64,000 nucleotides of DNA, taken from the NCBI RefSeq assembly GCF_963921235.1, contig NC_086097.1, positions 256,000,001 through 256,064,000 on the forward strand, written 5' to 3'. The stretch is from Mobula hypostoma. Its lineage: Eukaryota. The translations under genes were made by a program, and so were the position numbers. The notes beneath the pieces are model-generated. The model searched no databases and had not been told where the DNA came from. It worked only from the letters and a program-made list of their open reading frames with translations. This document shows, piece by piece, positions 61,787 through 64,000 of this stretch (positions within the stretch are counted from its first letter, which is position 1; the number at the start of each line of letters is the position of its first letter).

Positions 61787-63740
61787 AAACAACGGAACAA
61801 CATGAGCCACTCTCCAATCCTCCGGCACCTCACCTGTAGAGAGCGACATTTTAAGTATTTCTGCCAGGGCCCCTGCAATTTCAAGACTAGTCTCCTTCAA
61901 GGTTCGAGGGAACACCCTGTCAGGTCCCGGGGATTTACCCACTTTAATTTTCCTCAAGACAGCAAGGACCTCCTCCTTTTTGATCTGTACAGTTTTCATG
62001 ATCTCACTACTTGTTCCCCTTAATTCCATAGACTTCATACCAGTTTCCTTAGTAAATACAGACGCAAAAAAACTATTTAAGATCTCCCCCATTTCCTTTG
62101 GTTCCGCACATAGCCGACCACTCTGATCTTCAAGAGGAACAATTTTATCCCTTACAATCCTTTTGCTCTTAATATACCTGTAAAAGCTCTTTGGAATATC
62201 CTTCACTTTGACTGCCAAGGCAACCTCATGTCTTCTCTTAGCCCTCCTGATTTCTTTCTTAAGTATTTTCTTGCATTTCTTATACTCCTCAAGCACCTTA
62301 TTTACTCCCTGTTTCCTATACATGTCATACAACTCCCTCTTCTTCTTTATCAGAGTTGCAAATACCCCTTGAGAACCAAGGTTCCTTATTCCTATTCACT
62401 TTGCCTTTAATCCTGACAGGAACATACAAATCCTGCACTCTCAAAATTTCTCCTTTGAAGGCTTCCCACCTACCGATCACATCCTTGCCAGAGAACAACC
62501 TGTCCCAATCCACGCTTTTTAGATCCTTTCTCATTTCTTCAAATTTGGCCTTCTTCCAGTTTAGAACCTCAACCCTAGGACCAAATCTATCCTTGTCCAT
62601 GATCACGTTGAAACTAATGGTGTTATGATCACTGGAACCGAAGTGCTCCCCTACACAGAGTTCCGTCACTTCTCCTAACTCGTTTCCTAACAGGAGATCC
62701 AATATTGCATCCCCTCTACATATTGATTTAGAAAACTTTCCTGAACACATTTTACAAACTCTAAACCATCTAGACTCCTAACAGTATGGGAGTCCCAATC
62801 AATATACGGAAAATTAAAATCCCCTACCACCACAACTTTATGTTTCCTGCAGTTGCCTGCTATCTCTCTGCAGATTTGCTCTTCTAATTCTTGTTGACTA
62901 TTGGGTCATCTGTAATACAATCCCACTAATGTGGCCATACCTTTCCTGTTTCTCAGCTCCACCCATAAGGACTCAGTAGCCAAGCCCTCTAATCTGTCCT
63001 GCCTGAGCACTGCTGTAATATTTTCCCTAACAAGCAATGCTACTCCCCCACCTTTCATTCCTCTGCCTCGATCACATCTGAAACATCGGCACCCTGGAAT
63101 ATTAAGCTGCCAGTCCTGCCCCTCCTGTAGCCAAGTTTCACTAATTGCTATAATGTCATAATTCCACGTGTCAATCTATGCCCTCAACTCATCCGCCTTC
63201 CCCGCAATACTCATACTAAAGTATTGAAATATATACACCTCATAAGATTTTTACCACCACTCACAACCTTTCTATTAGTGGATTTGCTTGAACTTTTAAC
63301 ATCATTTATTTTCACCCCAGCCACACTGTCATGTGGTCGAAGTTTAGAGATCTCTTGCAGGATGTTAGGGATAAATTTGTCCCAGTGAGGAAGATAAAGA
63401 ATGGTAGGGTGAAGGAACCATGGGTGACAAGTGAGGTGGAAAATCTAGTCAGGTGGAAGAAGGCAGCATACATGAGATTTAGGAAGCAGGGATCAGATGG
63501 GTCTATTGAGGAATATAGGGAAGCAAGAAAGGGGCTGAGAAGAGCAAGAAGGGGGCATGAGAAGGCCTTGGCGAGTAGGGTAAAGGAAAACCCCAAAGCA
63601 TTCTTCAATTATGTGAAGAAAAAAAAGGATGACAGGAGTGAAGGTAGGATGGATTAGAGATAAAGATGGGAAGATGTGCCTGGAGGCTGTGGAAGTGAGC
63701 GAGGTCCTCAATGAATACTTCTCTTCGGTACTCACCAATC

Positions 63741-64000
63741 ATATTCTTTCCATTTTTAGATGATTGACTTAATTGTACTCCAAGGGATATTCAGGGACTT
63801 GGAAATTTTGTTGTATCCATCTCCTGACTTGTGTTTTTCAATAACCTTTTTGCGGAGTGGCTTGGAGTGTTATTTTGTCTTCATGCTGTGGTTTTTGCCA
63901 GGATACTGACTCAACAGCAGTTGGACCTTCCAGATCCAGGTATATTTTTACTACAATCAATTGAAACACCTTGACTGCACACAGGTTTCCAAAAACAGAT
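63741..64000 (-). pseudogene. Tc1 transposase N-terminus (decayed) with upstream element sequence
   Basis: From ATG 63884: MKTK*HSKPLRKKVIEKHKSGDGYNKISKSLNIPWSTIKSII*KWKEY, a Tc1 paired-like HTH with two stops. Confidence 0.85.

Larger units (their letters stand above)
56837..63329 (-). mobile_element. CR1 subfamily A, split: 56837-58252 and 61787-63329
   Basis: RT ORFs 56911-57417 and 57424-58203; APE/linker 61781-63300. The halves rejoin as ...gatccttttt|aaacaacgg. Confidence 0.93.

Noticed and set aside
49760..64000. Further upstream AVL9 exons
   Set aside because: The region is accounted for by repeats and short AT-rich flank. I found no AVL9-like exon, so the next one probably lies beyond the window.

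Overview
This is eukaryotic DNA, not prokaryotic. The repeat content suggests a cartilaginous fish such as a ray or shark (inference). The window holds the 3' end of a minus-strand host gene, AVL9. Its last three coding exons are at 49706-49759, 15792-15880 and 2303-2418, and none appears in the ORF track. They splice in frame via GT-AG introns to ...HPFQGQYNVSDVKLRLSH-SVQNSERGKKLGNAVISTSRSVMQTGKAV-GQSVGGALTSAKSAMSSWFSTFNQQSAGPFSEKQTGKH*. The two complete introns (13.4 and 33.8 kb) and the partial upstream intron (>14 kb) are mostly nested transposons. These include several CR1 LINE subfamilies (one intact 1008-aa ORF2), Penelope-like elements (PLEs), Rex1/Babar LINEs, and Tc1 and hAT remnants. 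The most interesting non-ORF signals are: minimal hammerhead ribozymes in the PLE terminal repeats; a 210-bp TSD-flanked fold-back insertion hinged on the hammerhead core; two PLEs inserted at the same site of different CR1 copies; and an unclassified TIR element with 6-bp TSD-like flanks. I cannot show that any of these is a previously undescribed system. Family names come from motif recognition, not database searches.
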